Assembly: GCA_964565685.1 (NCBI GenBank)
Contig: CAZMFR010000004.1
Location: 5,077-69,076, forward strand
Length of the DNA stretch: 64,000 nt
Source: an uncultured Candidatus Saccharibacteria bacterium
GTDB lineage: Bacteria; Patescibacteriota; Minisyncoccia; Phycocordibacterales; PALSA-1337
Direction of reading: 5' to 3'
The notes beneath the pieces are model-generated. The model had not been told where the DNA came from and ran no database searches. It saw only the letters and a list, made by a program, of their open reading frames with translations. Both the position numbers and the translations under genes were made by a program. Below, in pieces: positions 47,067-57,331 of the stretch (positions within the stretch are counted from its first letter, which is position 1; each line of letters begins with the position of its first letter).

Positions 47067-47627
47067 TTACGGAGTGCCTCCAATAGGCAAAGATGATCCC
47101 CTTTGTGTTGTGTTGTTTTGCAGAATTTGTTTTGCTGTATTCCCAGAAAGGTTATTTTCATTGCTAGATAGATTAGAAAAAGAACTTAAATTTGAAACTA
47201 TCAAATTTGGGTCTATTGTGTAAATTATAAGATAAGAACATAATGCCAAAAGAAGACCCAAAACAGCGTTCCATATTTTCTCTTGAGCGCTTTTTTTGTC
47301 TGTTACTGAAGAGGATAACATATATTCAAAACCACCTACCGTTATCATAAAGACTGCTAATACGACCGCTAAAGCCAAAGAGAACTTGTAAGCATAGGCA
47401 ATATATGAATTTACATCAATCTGTGTTACTGCTTTATTGCCATTAGCATCGGTTCCACAAGAAACATTTGTGGCCCCATTTAGACACGGCAATGGCGCGA
47501 GTAGGGTGTATTGAGTTTGAGCTTTAATAAGAGAAAAAGGCAAAAACAAGAAACAAAGAGGAAAAAGTAAAGAGAAAAACAATAATTTTTTAAAGTGAGA
47601 TGGCATTGTTGTTTTTGTTTGCTTCAA
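47067..47627 (-). CDS. VirB2/TrbC-like pilin-domain protein
   Basis: signal peptide, YTLLAPLPC, LAVFMITVGGFEYM...AQEKIWNAVLGLLL...IDP. Confidence 0.7.
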   Translation of the reverse strand: MKQTKTTMPSHFKKLLFFSLLFPLCFLFLPFSLIKAQTQYTLLAPLPCLNGATNVSCGTDANGNKAVTQIDVNSYIAYAYKFSLALAVVLAVFMITVGGFEYMLSSSVTDKKSAQEKIWNAVLGLLLALCSYLIIYTIDPNLIVSNLSSFSNLSSNENNLSGNTAKQILQNNTTQRGSSLPIGGTP

Positions 47628-48609
47628 ACGTAACTGTTATGGCATTTGTCGCCCCCTGGAGGATTTCTCGCATATTCTGCAGTTGTAATTGTACAGGATA
47701 GTCGGCGGCGTTTGAAGTGTCTTCTACACGCAGTGTGACGCTCCTGTTTTTTGATAGATTCGATTGACTCGAACCGTTTATCGTCCAACCGTATTGCAGA
47801 CTATTATTTGTCAAACTCGGCAAGGAAAAAGAATATGGTGTAGCCAAAAGAGTGATCTCCTGATTTGAAAAAGTCGTTTGTGCGCCGAGAGCGAGGTTGT
47901 ATAAAACGCCATACAGAGGATCATCCTTGTAAAAAACAAGCGAAGGACTTCCCGCCTGTAGGGTAATGACCCCGGATGTTGTCTCAGAGCCATCGCGTGT
48001 AGAAACACTGACACGAATCGTTGTTGGACGCGGTATGACACTGCCATTTATGATTATCGATTGCTTGCCATAGCCGCTCTGGTTTTGAAGAGCGGTATAA
48101 TCTTGTGTCCAACTATATACTAGATTCGACGGGTTTATTTCCTTGCCGGAACTATCGGCCAAGTGCGGCATCGCGATTATTTTAACAGCGTTCTCATATG
48201 CGAAATTTTGTTTACCTTGGAATAATGGGGGTACGTATCCTTGGCTTTCCCAAACCATATCGACTGAACCGCTCTTTATGACTACGGATTTTTGTATGGT
48301 TTTACCGTCTTGTGTTTGGATCAGGATTGTCACGTTGCTCTCCTTGCCCAATGCTGGTGCAGTCAGATTTATATCGTTCTTGCCGATACCCTCGGTTATT
48401 TTTTGTCCGTTAACAACCCAGGTGATATATGCCGAAGAAATATCTGACAAATAGTCTTGGAGGTTTATCTCGACATTCTTGCCCGGGACAGGATTCTGTG
48501 GAGTGATCGTCATATCAATTCCATCTACAGAGCTGGGGACCTGAGCATGGGCAATAGAAAATGAAAGAACAAAAGAAGCGAAAAAGAAAGTTAAGGCGAG
48601 CTTTTTCAT
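47590..48609 (-). CDS. secreted Ig/PKD-like repeat protein
   Basis: signal peptide ending AHA, repeated W..NG beta modules, YVPPLFQGK. Confidence 0.7.
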   Translation of the reverse strand: MKKLALTFFFASFVLSFSIAHAQVPSSVDGIDMTITPQNPVPGKNVEINLQDYLSDISSAYITWVVNGQKITEGIGKNDINLTAPALGKESNVTILIQTQDGKTIQKSVVIKSGSVDMVWESQGYVPPLFQGKQNFAYENAVKIIAMPHLADSSGKEINPSNLVYSWTQDYTALQNQSGYGKQSIIINGSVIPRPTTIRVSVSTRDGSETTSGVITLQAGSPSLVFYKDDPLYGVLYNLALGAQTTFSNQEITLLATPYSFSLPSLTNNSLQYGWTINGSSQSNLSKNRSVTLRVEDTSNAADYPVQLQLQNMREILQGATNAITVTFEANKNNNAISL

Positions 48610-48680
48610 AGCTTTATTCTATCATGTCAAGACGTCACCTTGTACAAGACTTCTCCACAAGTACAAGGTGCTACCTTGTA

Positions 48681-49169
48681 CTAAACCCCACCGTTTGGCA
48701 GTCTCACACCGCCTTGGTTCATGGGTTTTTGAATGACTGGTGGTTTACGAGTGCCATTTACGTTTAACGGAGCTTCCCCACCCCCAGTTTCTCCTTCTGC
48801 TTTTTCTGCTAGTTTGTTTATCTTTGCTACCGCCAAGACTATTTTTGAGGATAATTTTTCTTGGTTTTGTTCCGCCTTAACTACTTTGTGTGTAAAATCA
48901 ATCGTGACGAGCGTCCCTGGATAAAATTCGAACGTCATTTCTGATCCAATGAAATTAGATATCAATCTTAATAGTGCCGCTGGGTTATTCATATTCACTC
49001 CACGTAACTGGAAGTAAATGTATAACAAAAGAGCCAGTCCCATTTCAATGAGTTCATTTAATGCTTCTCCTACACCAACAAAAAGATCGAGTATTATTTG
49101 AGCTATCCAAATGATTACTCCAAAAAAATAAAGCATTCTCCACTCCCATTTTCCGATTTTTGAATTCAT
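48681..49169 (-). CDS. membrane protein in the secretion cluster
   Basis: hydrophobic N-terminal helices; operon position after the VirB4-like gene. Confidence 0.6.
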   Translation of the reverse strand: MNSKIGKWEWRMLYFFGVIIWIAQIILDLFVGVGEALNELIEMGLALLLYIYFQLRGVNMNNPAALLRLISNFIGSEMTFEFYPGTLVTIDFTHKVVKAEQNQEKLSSKIVLAVAKINKLAEKAEGETGGGEAPLNVNGTRKPPVIQKPMNQGGVRLPNGGV

Positions 49170-49181
49170 TGTTTTGATTTA

Positions 49182-51062
49182 CTACAACAATGTTGAAGTA
49201 GTAGTCGCTCTTTTACCAGTAGCACCGGTTCCAATCGCCGCAGTTGTTGCATTTGCCGCCAATGCTTCCTTCTTTGCCTCTTTTATTGCCGCCAATTGCG
49301 CTGGATTGCTGGTGATTATTTGGTCTTCGGTGTACGAAGCCACGACCTTTATTGCTACGTGCTTTAATCCGACGAAAAATATCCCTTCTCCTACATCTGA
49401 CTCGAGCAAGAGATATTTTTCCTCGTCTGTAAGATTGAATACTTTTTGTATGTTATCCATGGAAGTCGGCGATTGCTTCAAAAGTATTTGAATGGACGAG
49501 TTCGTTAAAATAGGCATGCCGTAGGGCGATTTTAGGAAATCATCGACGTCTTGGGTGATGGTGGCAAGGCCCAGGAAATATTTGCGACCGCGCTTGGCTA
49601 TGGACAATAGGAATGATGCGGTGTCTTCGCTTTTCATCATCCACCATGCCTCATCGACGACCATCAGGCGTTTTTTTATGTCTTTCCTGATTGCGTTCCA
49701 TATGTGGTGAGTGACGATATACATTGCGACGGGCTTTAGCTCGTCTTCCATATCGCGCACGGAAAAGACCACGAATTTATGATTTATATCGACATTCGTA
49801 GGGTGATTTAGAAAACCAGACCATGTACCGGTGGTGAATTTTGTCAAACGTTCGACCAGAGATTCTGCGCCCTCCATGCCGCCCAAGACAAGCTCGAAAT
49901 CGCCTAGAAGCGGCGGCGTGACATTGGCGAAATTTGAATCTGCGGAAATGTCTTTCAGAGCATAAGTTTCGGTGATTGCCCGGTCGATTATAGCGTCTTC
50001 TTCTGGCGTCAATCCGCCCAACATGACACGGAACAAACCGACCAGATTGATGATATTTGAACGCAATATGTCTGCCCCGCTTTCATCCTCCCTAGCGATC
50101 GGCAGGTCGAATGGATTTATATGGTGCTCTGAATTGAGCGAGATGTTGAAATATTTTCCTCCGGTCAATTCAGCCATATGCTCGTACTCGCGCTCCGGAT
50201 CGATTATGATGACTTCGGTGTCGAACATCAATGTTCGCAGAATTTCCAGTTTTGTGCAGTATGATTTACCAGAGCCGGACTTGGCAAAAGTGACAGAGTT
50301 ATAGTTCTCCAGAAGATATCTGTCAAAAATGACCAGAGACGAGTTGTGCCTATTTATGCCGTAGAGGATTCCCTTATCAGAAGTGAGATCGAATGATACG
50401 AATGGAAAAATCGAAGAAAGCGGAGCAGAATTCATCTTTGAATTGACGTTCAGCTCGTCATTTCCGATAGGCAGAACGCTCCTGTACCCGCTCTCCTGTT
50501 GGAAAAGGGCCGGTTTTATGTAAACCATCTTTGCTTCGAGGATAGATTTGATCTCGCTTTCCAATTTATCTAGCTCTGTCTCGTTGTCGCCAAATATGGT
50601 TAGGTAAACGCCGACGTCGAATATTTTTTCTTGTGCCTGCATCAGAGTGTCGCGCAAGCTCTCAAGGTCCTGGTAGGCCGTGTCCAGGGCTGGGTCGCGG
50701 ACTAGGCCCCGGTCTTCACGGCGCGAGATCTGGCTTTGCACCTCGGCTACTTTTTTCTGGAATTTTCGCAGGATCTTTGAAGTATCGACAGGATGAATGA
50801 ATATGGAGATATTGAAGACTTTGTCTAGATTTATGATCGGCGCGAACCAGCTGTCAGTCAGAAACCTAGGATAAGAAATGACAAAAAATGTTCTCGCCAA
50901 TTTTTCTCCAAGGTTCAGCTCTTTTGGCCCGATCTTTAAAGCAGAAGGCGCAATGATGTCTTTTAATTCCAAAACGCCATCCTGATAGATGTCTTGGGGC
51001 AAGAGAGAAACGAGCGGTTGCTCATCGTCTTTCTTTTTGAATAGTTTTGAGAATATTGACAT
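49182..51062 (-). CDS. VirB4/TraC-like type IV secretion ATPase
   Basis: AKSGSGKS Walker A, IIDPEREY, INPFDL, VVDEAW Walker B, KRGRKY, ITQD. Confidence 0.9.
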   Translation of the reverse strand: MSIFSKLFKKKDDEQPLVSLLPQDIYQDGVLELKDIIAPSALKIGPKELNLGEKLARTFFVISYPRFLTDSWFAPIINLDKVFNISIFIHPVDTSKILRKFQKKVAEVQSQISRREDRGLVRDPALDTAYQDLESLRDTLMQAQEKIFDVGVYLTIFGDNETELDKLESEIKSILEAKMVYIKPALFQQESGYRSVLPIGNDELNVNSKMNSAPLSSIFPFVSFDLTSDKGILYGINRHNSSLVIFDRYLLENYNSVTFAKSGSGKSYCTKLEILRTLMFDTEVIIIDPEREYEHMAELTGGKYFNISLNSEHHINPFDLPIAREDESGADILRSNIINLVGLFRVMLGGLTPEEDAIIDRAITETYALKDISADSNFANVTPPLLGDFELVLGGMEGAESLVERLTKFTTGTWSGFLNHPTNVDINHKFVVFSVRDMEDELKPVAMYIVTHHIWNAIRKDIKKRLMVVDEAWWMMKSEDTASFLLSIAKRGRKYFLGLATITQDVDDFLKSPYGMPILTNSSIQILLKQSPTSMDNIQKVFNLTDEEKYLLLESDVGEGIFFVGLKHVAIKVVASYTEDQIITSNPAQLAAIKEAKKEALAANATTAAIGTGATGKRATTTSTLL

Positions 51063-51140
51063 GGATTTAAGATTTGGGATCTAAGATTTAAGAGAAGAAT
51101 TGCTCGCATTATTCTTGATTCTTAAATCATGAATCTTGAA

Positions 51141-51770
51141 TCAAGTGATCTGCATCGGCTTTTCCGTATCTCCCGGATTGAATATCTTGTAGAACAATTC
51201 TACCACTTCCTCAGTTCCTAGCTCGACCACGCGAACGCCGCATCGCACCAGGCCCTGCTCGACCACGCCGACTCTCTGCTCCAACTGGCTCCGATATTCT
51301 TCGAAATCTTCGGTAGCTGTCGGGGCGGTCTTTTTATTGCCTGGGAGGAAACGCGAAACTGGATTGGTGCTCTTGCCGAGTATTGGTGCGGCGTATGGCA
51401 CTACGATGAAGAACGTCTTTGTCATTATGTTGGAGCTATCGACGAATGTCTTTATAAAATCTATGTATTCTTGCACCTGGATCTTCATAAGCTCGGTCGT
51501 TTGATTCTTGTATTGCTCCTCTAGAAGGGCCATATATGGCCGTATGTCTAGCTTTTTCGATTGGACGAAGATTTGCAGATCGAAATCGAGAGAATTCAAA
51601 AAATTTTGGAACTGAAACAAAATAGAGTTTTGCTCATCCGATGATTTGAGGGCGAAATTGACGGACGAAGCCATGACAAGAGCCCGAAATGAACCGTCGT
51701 TCAATATAGCCACTCCATCACGGACTTCTTTTATAGGGACGAATGCTTGGGATTCTTTTGGAGTAGGCAT
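51141..51770 (-). CDS. VirB4-associated protein (TraC N-terminal-like)
   Basis: SSVNFALKS, FQNFLNSLDF, FFIVVPY, LFYKIFNP; between PrgI and VirB4. Confidence 0.75.
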   Translation of the reverse strand: MPTPKESQAFVPIKEVRDGVAILNDGSFRALVMASSVNFALKSSDEQNSILFQFQNFLNSLDFDLQIFVQSKKLDIRPYMALLEEQYKNQTTELMKIQVQEYIDFIKTFVDSSNIMTKTFFIVVPYAAPILGKSTNPVSRFLPGNKKTAPTATEDFEEYRSQLEQRVGVVEQGLVRCGVRVVELGTEEVVELFYKIFNPGDTEKPMQIT

Positions 51771-51775
51771 GATCG

Positions 51776-52252
51776 TTATTTATGAGTGACTTCCCCTGAA
51801 TTGATTCTCTCTTGTATATCCAAATTCCACGCGAGATCTTTTAACTTGCTCTGTGACACTTTTGGTACCATGACGCCGGCGTATTTTCCAGCACCCGCGC
51901 CAGCCGTATCGTTCGACTTGTCATTTCCAGCCGCTTTCATTTTTGCCTCGATCAAAGCCGCCTGTTTCTTGTCATCCTTTTTCCATAAATAAAGCTTTGA
52001 ACCGACGCTGTATCTGAAAGCTGACTCCAGGACGTTGATGAACGGGCGATTATTGACCCGATAGAAGGCCAACGCCGCGGAAAAAGCCAGAACGAGGATT
52101 ATAGGAACGGCTGAAAATATCAGCGACGGTATAAAGCGATATAGCATATATGCCGAGGCAATGCCGCCGATCATATAGATGAACTGTTTGAATGTGAAAG
52201 GACCGAATATCTTGTCCTCGACGTCAATGAATTGAGGAACCTGGTATTGCAT
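51776..52252 (-). CDS. PrgI-family (VirB3-like) membrane protein
   Basis: YQVPQFIDVEDKIFGPFTFKQF, two TM helices. Confidence 0.88.
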   Translation of the reverse strand: MQYQVPQFIDVEDKIFGPFTFKQFIYMIGGIASAYMLYRFIPSLIFSAVPIILVLAFSAALAFYRVNNRPFINVLESAFRYSVGSKLYLWKKDDKKQAALIEAKMKAAGNDKSNDTAGAGAGKYAGVMVPKVSQSKLKDLAWNLDIQERINSGEVTHK

Positions 52253-52267
52253 GTCTATAGTATAGCA

Positions 52268-53086
52268 TCATTCCAACGCTTCCCTATATGGATCCGTCCC
52301 ATCGTACGGTCTGACTTTCTTCTCTTGTTTCCCGGCATCTGAATTTTCTCCAGAAGAGCCAGAACCCATCGGCATAGCCACGCCTTTCGATAGCAGAGTG
52401 TCTACTATGCTAGATTGATCCGGCTGTTTCTTGGCGCTTTCTTTTGAAGCATTGTCCTCCGCTGTTGTTTCTGGAATGTCGCTGAGCAGATGTTCCGACG
52501 ATATATCACTGTCCAATTCCAAGACGTTCATTATATCTTCTTTTGATTCCAAACTTTTTGGGTTTGATTCTGGCGCAGGCGTCTCATCATTCTTGTCAAC
52601 CACGAACCCGCCCGCTTTTTCGACAGCTGAAACGACTGATTCTTTTTTTGCTTTCTCAGCGTCTATCAGCATTGTTTCTTCGCCTGTTTGTTCAGCAGGC
52701 GTGCTTTTGCCGAATTGATTATTTTCTTGCTCGGCACCGCCGCTTTCTTTGCTATAGCCCCCCTCCTCTTCCCCTTCAATTTTTTTCAACGACTCCCGTA
52801 TCTTGTCGAATATCTGTTTATTGATGTCTTGGGCGATGAGCATGGCCTTGCCTGTGTCTACCTGCATTCTCCTGGCGATATTCGTTACGAATCTATCTTC
52901 CGGCGTAAGACCAATCATGGTCAGGCCGACCTCGTCGACGAGCTCGCTTATCTGATCGTACAACAGATCGTGTTTTTGGCCGATATCTACGACTGTGTTC
53001 GTGGTGCTTATAGAGTCGATGGCTTCACGGATATCAGCAGGCAATTTGTTGTAGCGGCTTTTAATTTGTTCTGGTGTGTATGGCAT
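52268..53086 (-). CDS. conserved CPR-type hypothetical protein ending DPYRE
   Basis: KLPADIREAI N-terminus, disordered acidic C-half, DPYREALE. Confidence 0.75.
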   Translation of the reverse strand: MPYTPEQIKSRYNKLPADIREAIDSISTTNTVVDIGQKHDLLYDQISELVDEVGLTMIGLTPEDRFVTNIARRMQVDTGKAMLIAQDINKQIFDKIRESLKKIEGEEEGGYSKESGGAEQENNQFGKSTPAEQTGEETMLIDAEKAKKESVVSAVEKAGGFVVDKNDETPAPESNPKSLESKEDIMNVLELDSDISSEHLLSDIPETTAEDNASKESAKKQPDQSSIVDTLLSKGVAMPMGSGSSGENSDAGKQEKKVRPYDGTDPYREALE

Positions 53087-53089
53087 GGG

Positions 53090-55267
53090 TTATGGTTTTG
53101 GTTCGCTTGACTTTGGTTCTTTTTTGGATTCTGACTTTTCACCGCTGTCTTTTATTTTGGCAACAGCGTCTTCTAATTCCTTTTGTTTTTTTGCATCAGC
53201 CGCCGCCTTGCTATACTTCGACTGATCAGCAATCTTTTTCTGGAATGGTGCTTCTCTGGTTTTTGATTCGTTATCCCACTTGGTCTCTATTGATTTTTTG
53301 GTATTTTCTACTTCTTTTTCCATTGATTTCCTGATATTTTCTACTTCTTCTTTTGTTTTGTCGCTATATTTACTACCTAATCTTGCGAGATCGCTCTTTA
53401 ATGCATTGTCTATTTCTTCTATATCAGCTTTGTGTTTAGTATCGACCTCAGCAAATTCTGCCTTACGTTTTTCAGAGATTTCATCTTTAATCTTTTCAAT
53501 TTCTGCTTTATTTTCATTTATTATTTTTTCAATTTCATCTCCATGTACCTTTCCGTAATTTGCATTATAATCATTCTCTAGAGCATAGCCAGAGCGATCG
53601 ACTCCTAGAAAATGCGATATCGGGTCTTTTCTCATCTCTTGCAGGTTATCTTTGTATCGACCTTGCAACTCCACAGCTCTTTCTTCTGCTTTATGAAATT
53701 CCTCATCGGAAGCATAATCGGCGCGATTTACTGTCCCAATGTTTTTAAATAATTTCTTTCTAGATTTTTCATCAGCTTCTCTCTGTGCATCAAAACCGCC
53801 CTTTTTACCGCCCCAAGAGGCAGAACTTATACTACCCAAAGCACCAGAAGCTATGCCCCCAAGTATTGGATTGTTAGCTGCAAATTCCCTAAAACCTGGG
53901 GTCTCACGATATTTTGCCGCTGCCGCGCCAGCAGTATTTCTGGCAGCAAACGCCGCAGTTTTCTGTAGGGAATCCGATGTCGTCTTTTTGAGCCATCCAT
54001 AAAATTTGGAACCTGTTTCTCCGCTCGCACTACCGAATGATTTCGCCGCAATGATTGAAGCATTGATCAAAAATATTCCTATCATAAATTTAAAGAATAC
54101 TGCGAGTGTACCAGTGTTGAAAAAACCGGTTATGTTCGTGGTTGCGATAGCACTCTGTGCTGCGGAAACCAGAGCGTTTGAAGAAGTACCGCCGGTCAGA
54201 GCTGTGCTAGACATAAACATAACGGCAAAGTACAGAAAAACCAGATAGATAGGGGCAACCATACACTCGCCTATCAGAAGTTTTGACCATTTCTTTGAAT
54301 AATCGCTTATTTGTGGCAGAACTAGTCCTATCCACCATATTGGTGAAAAAGCCATAAGCATTATGAGATAGAACAAGCGCATAAACAATATAATCGCAGC
54401 AACCAAGAAACTGAATCCAGCCAAAGTCATCATGACCGTGCTCATGATCATCCCAATAGTCATATTTGCAAGAGCATCTCCGGTGAGTAGCCCCTGCACG
54501 GCTGGTACGAGGGTATTCTGTAAATATAATCCTTTCATTAAAGTGTAACTTAGCCCGGTACCGTTAGCTAACATATTCCACCAAGTGCTAAATGTTCCAC
54601 CAGATGTCAGAGGAGTTACTGCGATCTGATTATATATATAGATCGCTATTATATTCGAGGCATCTATTATTAATTTAGTAAAGAATAGACTAAAATTGAT
54701 CAACAATCCGGCTAATACAACACGTACCAAAAGAGTTTTAATCTTCTGTTCATTTAATCCAACTATCATCGTTATAGACGCATAAAGAAGAACAAATATG
54801 ATGATTATGCTCATACTATCTCGTACAATGGACCACATACTGTTTATCGCACCGACCGAATTGACAATATCGGCAATATGTAGATTCATGATTAATGCTC
54901 CATCCATGAACATCCCCATGAGCCAAACAAATACTGTAGCTATTGGTATTATTATTGATAATACCAATACTATTATCGGACTTACTGCATATAAAATTGC
55001 ATTTTCGAGCGACTTTGCTATTCCAGTAAGAGCAGTATTAGCTAAGGTAGAAGCACCAGATTTTACCGCCGATGCACTGGTGAATAATGAACTAACCCAT
55101 GTTGCTGGGTCAAGAGTGTTAACAGTACCGTTAACGATAGTATCTCCCAAAATACTTCCTGTAGAATAATTTGCTAGAGCGTGTGTATCGCGTGGTGTTA
55201 TCACAAACCCTACCACCAAGATTATTGTGGCGATGGTTGCGATGATTTGTGTGCGGCGGGTTTTCAT
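53090..55267 (-). CDS. VirB6/TrbL-like polytopic membrane protein with coiled-coil tail
   Basis: WSIVRD, LLINFSLFFTKLIIDASN, R..YL..L..FSP, many TM helices. Confidence 0.8.
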   Translation of the reverse strand: MKTRRTQIIATIATIILVVGFVITPRDTHALANYSTGSILGDTIVNGTVNTLDPATWVSSLFTSASAVKSGASTLANTALTGIAKSLENAILYAVSPIIVLVLSIIIPIATVFVWLMGMFMDGALIMNLHIADIVNSVGAINSMWSIVRDSMSIIIIFVLLYASITMIVGLNEQKIKTLLVRVVLAGLLINFSLFFTKLIIDASNIIAIYIYNQIAVTPLTSGGTFSTWWNMLANGTGLSYTLMKGLYLQNTLVPAVQGLLTGDALANMTIGMIMSTVMMTLAGFSFLVAAIILFMRLFYLIMLMAFSPIWWIGLVLPQISDYSKKWSKLLIGECMVAPIYLVFLYFAVMFMSSTALTGGTSSNALVSAAQSAIATTNITGFFNTGTLAVFFKFMIGIFLINASIIAAKSFGSASGETGSKFYGWLKKTTSDSLQKTAAFAARNTAGAAAAKYRETPGFREFAANNPILGGIASGALGSISSASWGGKKGGFDAQREADEKSRKKLFKNIGTVNRADYASDEEFHKAEERAVELQGRYKDNLQEMRKDPISHFLGVDRSGYALENDYNANYGKVHGDEIEKIINENKAEIEKIKDEISEKRKAEFAEVDTKHKADIEEIDNALKSDLARLGSKYSDKTKEEVENIRKSMEKEVENTKKSIETKWDNESKTREAPFQKKIADQSKYSKAAADAKKQKELEDAVAKIKDSGEKSESKKEPKSSEPKP

Positions 55268-55273
55268 GTGGGG

Positions 55274-57322
55274 TTAAAAGATCGAACTGCCGGCGGGATT
55301 GGCGTACAACTGGCATTGTTGTATGTAATTGCTGGCGTCGCTGGTTATGGTGCTGGCGGTGCCTTGGTCGTTGCTGTTATCCGTTTTTGCGCTCTGAATA
55401 TCGATAAGCGATGGGACAGCTTGATCATAAGCAGGTGTCGCTGAATCATAGGTGCCAACCATGGTCTCATACTGTTGAGTCAAGGAAGCGATGCTAGCTG
55501 TTGATGTTGCTGTGTTTACTTGTTCGCCCAAGGAAACTAGATTGTTCAAGTTGCCGGTGATATTGTCGTAATCGCTCTGTAATTGCGTTACCCAAGCCGT
55601 TGTAGAAGCTATTTCGATGCTGACCTGCGATACGACGTTAGTATCTCTATCGGATTGACAAGTGGAAGAAGCACTGTTTAGAGATGCTAGCGCATTTTCT
55701 CCTATAGCCACAGAGGAGCTGGCGTAAGATTGTATGCTCGTGGCGTTGGTTATGTATTGTGAAAGGTTCGAGGAAAGACTGCCTCCGAGCGTTGCGCTAG
55801 CTGCAGAAGAACTGGCCGCTTCCGATTCCAGCTGAGATAGATATGAAGGCTGACCATTTGATGATTGGCTGACACCAGAAAGTCCGCTCGAGCTGAGTAC
55901 TTGGCTGACTAATTTTGACGCCAAGGCGCCTATTATTTCATCAAGCATGCTGGATTGGACCAGAGAATCCTGACCGCTTCCCAACGCTTTGTTCAAGCTG
56001 GAGGAAATGACCGATCCAGGTGTTACGGTTTGGCAATCTTCCCCTGTGTCTGCACCAGCAGGAGCGTCGGGAATGTTTTCATCATCCGATTCATAGCTGG
56101 AATCATCAGAATAATCGGTGTTGTCTTGATTCGTACTCGAATCATAGCCACAATTCCCTTCCGAATCGCAATCAGAATTTGAGCTGTCATCCGAAGATGC
56201 GTTGTCGTATGAACTACCCTCGTATACATCGTCGCTACTGTTTTGGTCGGTGGAATTGTCGCTGGAAACCGTACTGTCTGTAGTATTGCTATTCGAATCG
56301 GTGCAATTCCCTTCCGAATCGCAACTAGTATTGCTCTGGTTGTCGGATGAATTTTGGTCGCTTGAGTTGTCGTCGCTCTCATCGTAGGAACTAGTATCAT
56401 CTGTACCGTCATCACCTTGATCTATGGAACTTGTATTACCTGTATCGCTCTCTTCATACGAGGAATTATCATCCGTGCTGTAATCTGCGTCAGAATTATC
56501 GTAACTAGAATCATCACCCTCGTCATATGAGTCGTCCTCATCCGATCCTTGTGTCGCAGTGCTCGGGGTGCACTGTTGGAACGACAGGAAACCGCTATTT
56601 TGGTTTAGCAGGTTCTGATTTGTTTCTTGTTGGTTTCCTGTTTTTGCATCCAAATCAAGACTTGCGTTTATGTATGCTCCGTATAGATTGTTTTGTGGCT
56701 CGGTTCCTAATGCTAAAAACGATGCCCATCCTCCTTGGCTGAAATCACCCGCTTCGAATCCATTTATCGTTGCTCCCTTGACATTTTTTATGATCGAAGA
56801 AAGCGTGCAACTATAAGGATTGCTACTTCCACTTCCACTACTTCCACTTGAACCAGCTTGATTGAGGGCAAGAGCAAGACGCACATTCAAAGCAATAGGA
56901 GAACACAACGCCGCCAGCGGACTTCCTGATCCGGCAATGAAATTACCAGCCACATTATCACCGATTTTTTGGAAGAATTGTTCGGGATTCTGGACGAATG
57001 ATGGACTGCCTTTGAACCCAGAATTGATCCAGCTGACCGTGCTGTCTGTGATGCTTTGAAGTATCCCCTTGGACATCGCCCAAGCGAGCGGGTCGAGAAC
57101 ATAATCCTTTATCCATATAGAATCGTCGGCATAGCTTGAAATGGCGTTAAATGCGGTGCCCAATGTGTCTTCTATAGAGTTCAATAAGCCGCTGGCTTCA
57201 CCTGCTATATCTTCGACCACCATAGCGTGTGCTGTTTTTGCTTGTATGATTGAACCGAAAGAGATAAGCACTGTCAAGGCGATGGCTATGATTTTTTGGT
57301 TTAATTTAAAATAATGTTTCAT
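55274..57322 (-). CDS. secreted protein of the T4SS-like cluster with an Asp/Ser-rich insert
   Basis: signal peptide, KDYVLDPLAW, WINSGFKGSPSFVQN, GFLSFQQC...CQTVTPGSVI. Confidence 0.75.
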   Translation of the reverse strand: MKHYFKLNQKIIAIALTVLISFGSIIQAKTAHAMVVEDIAGEASGLLNSIEDTLGTAFNAISSYADDSIWIKDYVLDPLAWAMSKGILQSITDSTVSWINSGFKGSPSFVQNPEQFFQKIGDNVAGNFIAGSGSPLAALCSPIALNVRLALALNQAGSSGSSGSGSSNPYSCTLSSIIKNVKGATINGFEAGDFSQGGWASFLALGTEPQNNLYGAYINASLDLDAKTGNQQETNQNLLNQNSGFLSFQQCTPSTATQGSDEDDSYDEGDDSSYDNSDADYSTDDNSSYEESDTGNTSSIDQGDDGTDDTSSYDESDDNSSDQNSSDNQSNTSCDSEGNCTDSNSNTTDSTVSSDNSTDQNSSDDVYEGSSYDNASSDDSSNSDCDSEGNCGYDSSTNQDNTDYSDDSSYESDDENIPDAPAGADTGEDCQTVTPGSVISSSLNKALGSGQDSLVQSSMLDEIIGALASKLVSQVLSSSGLSGVSQSSNGQPSYLSQLESEAASSSAASATLGGSLSSNLSQYITNATSIQSYASSSVAIGENALASLNSASSTCQSDRDTNVVSQVSIEIASTTAWVTQLQSDYDNITGNLNNLVSLGEQVNTATSTASIASLTQQYETMVGTYDSATPAYDQAVPSLIDIQSAKTDNSNDQGTASTITSDASNYIQQCQLYANPAGSSIF

Positions 57323-57331
57323 TGTAATTTT

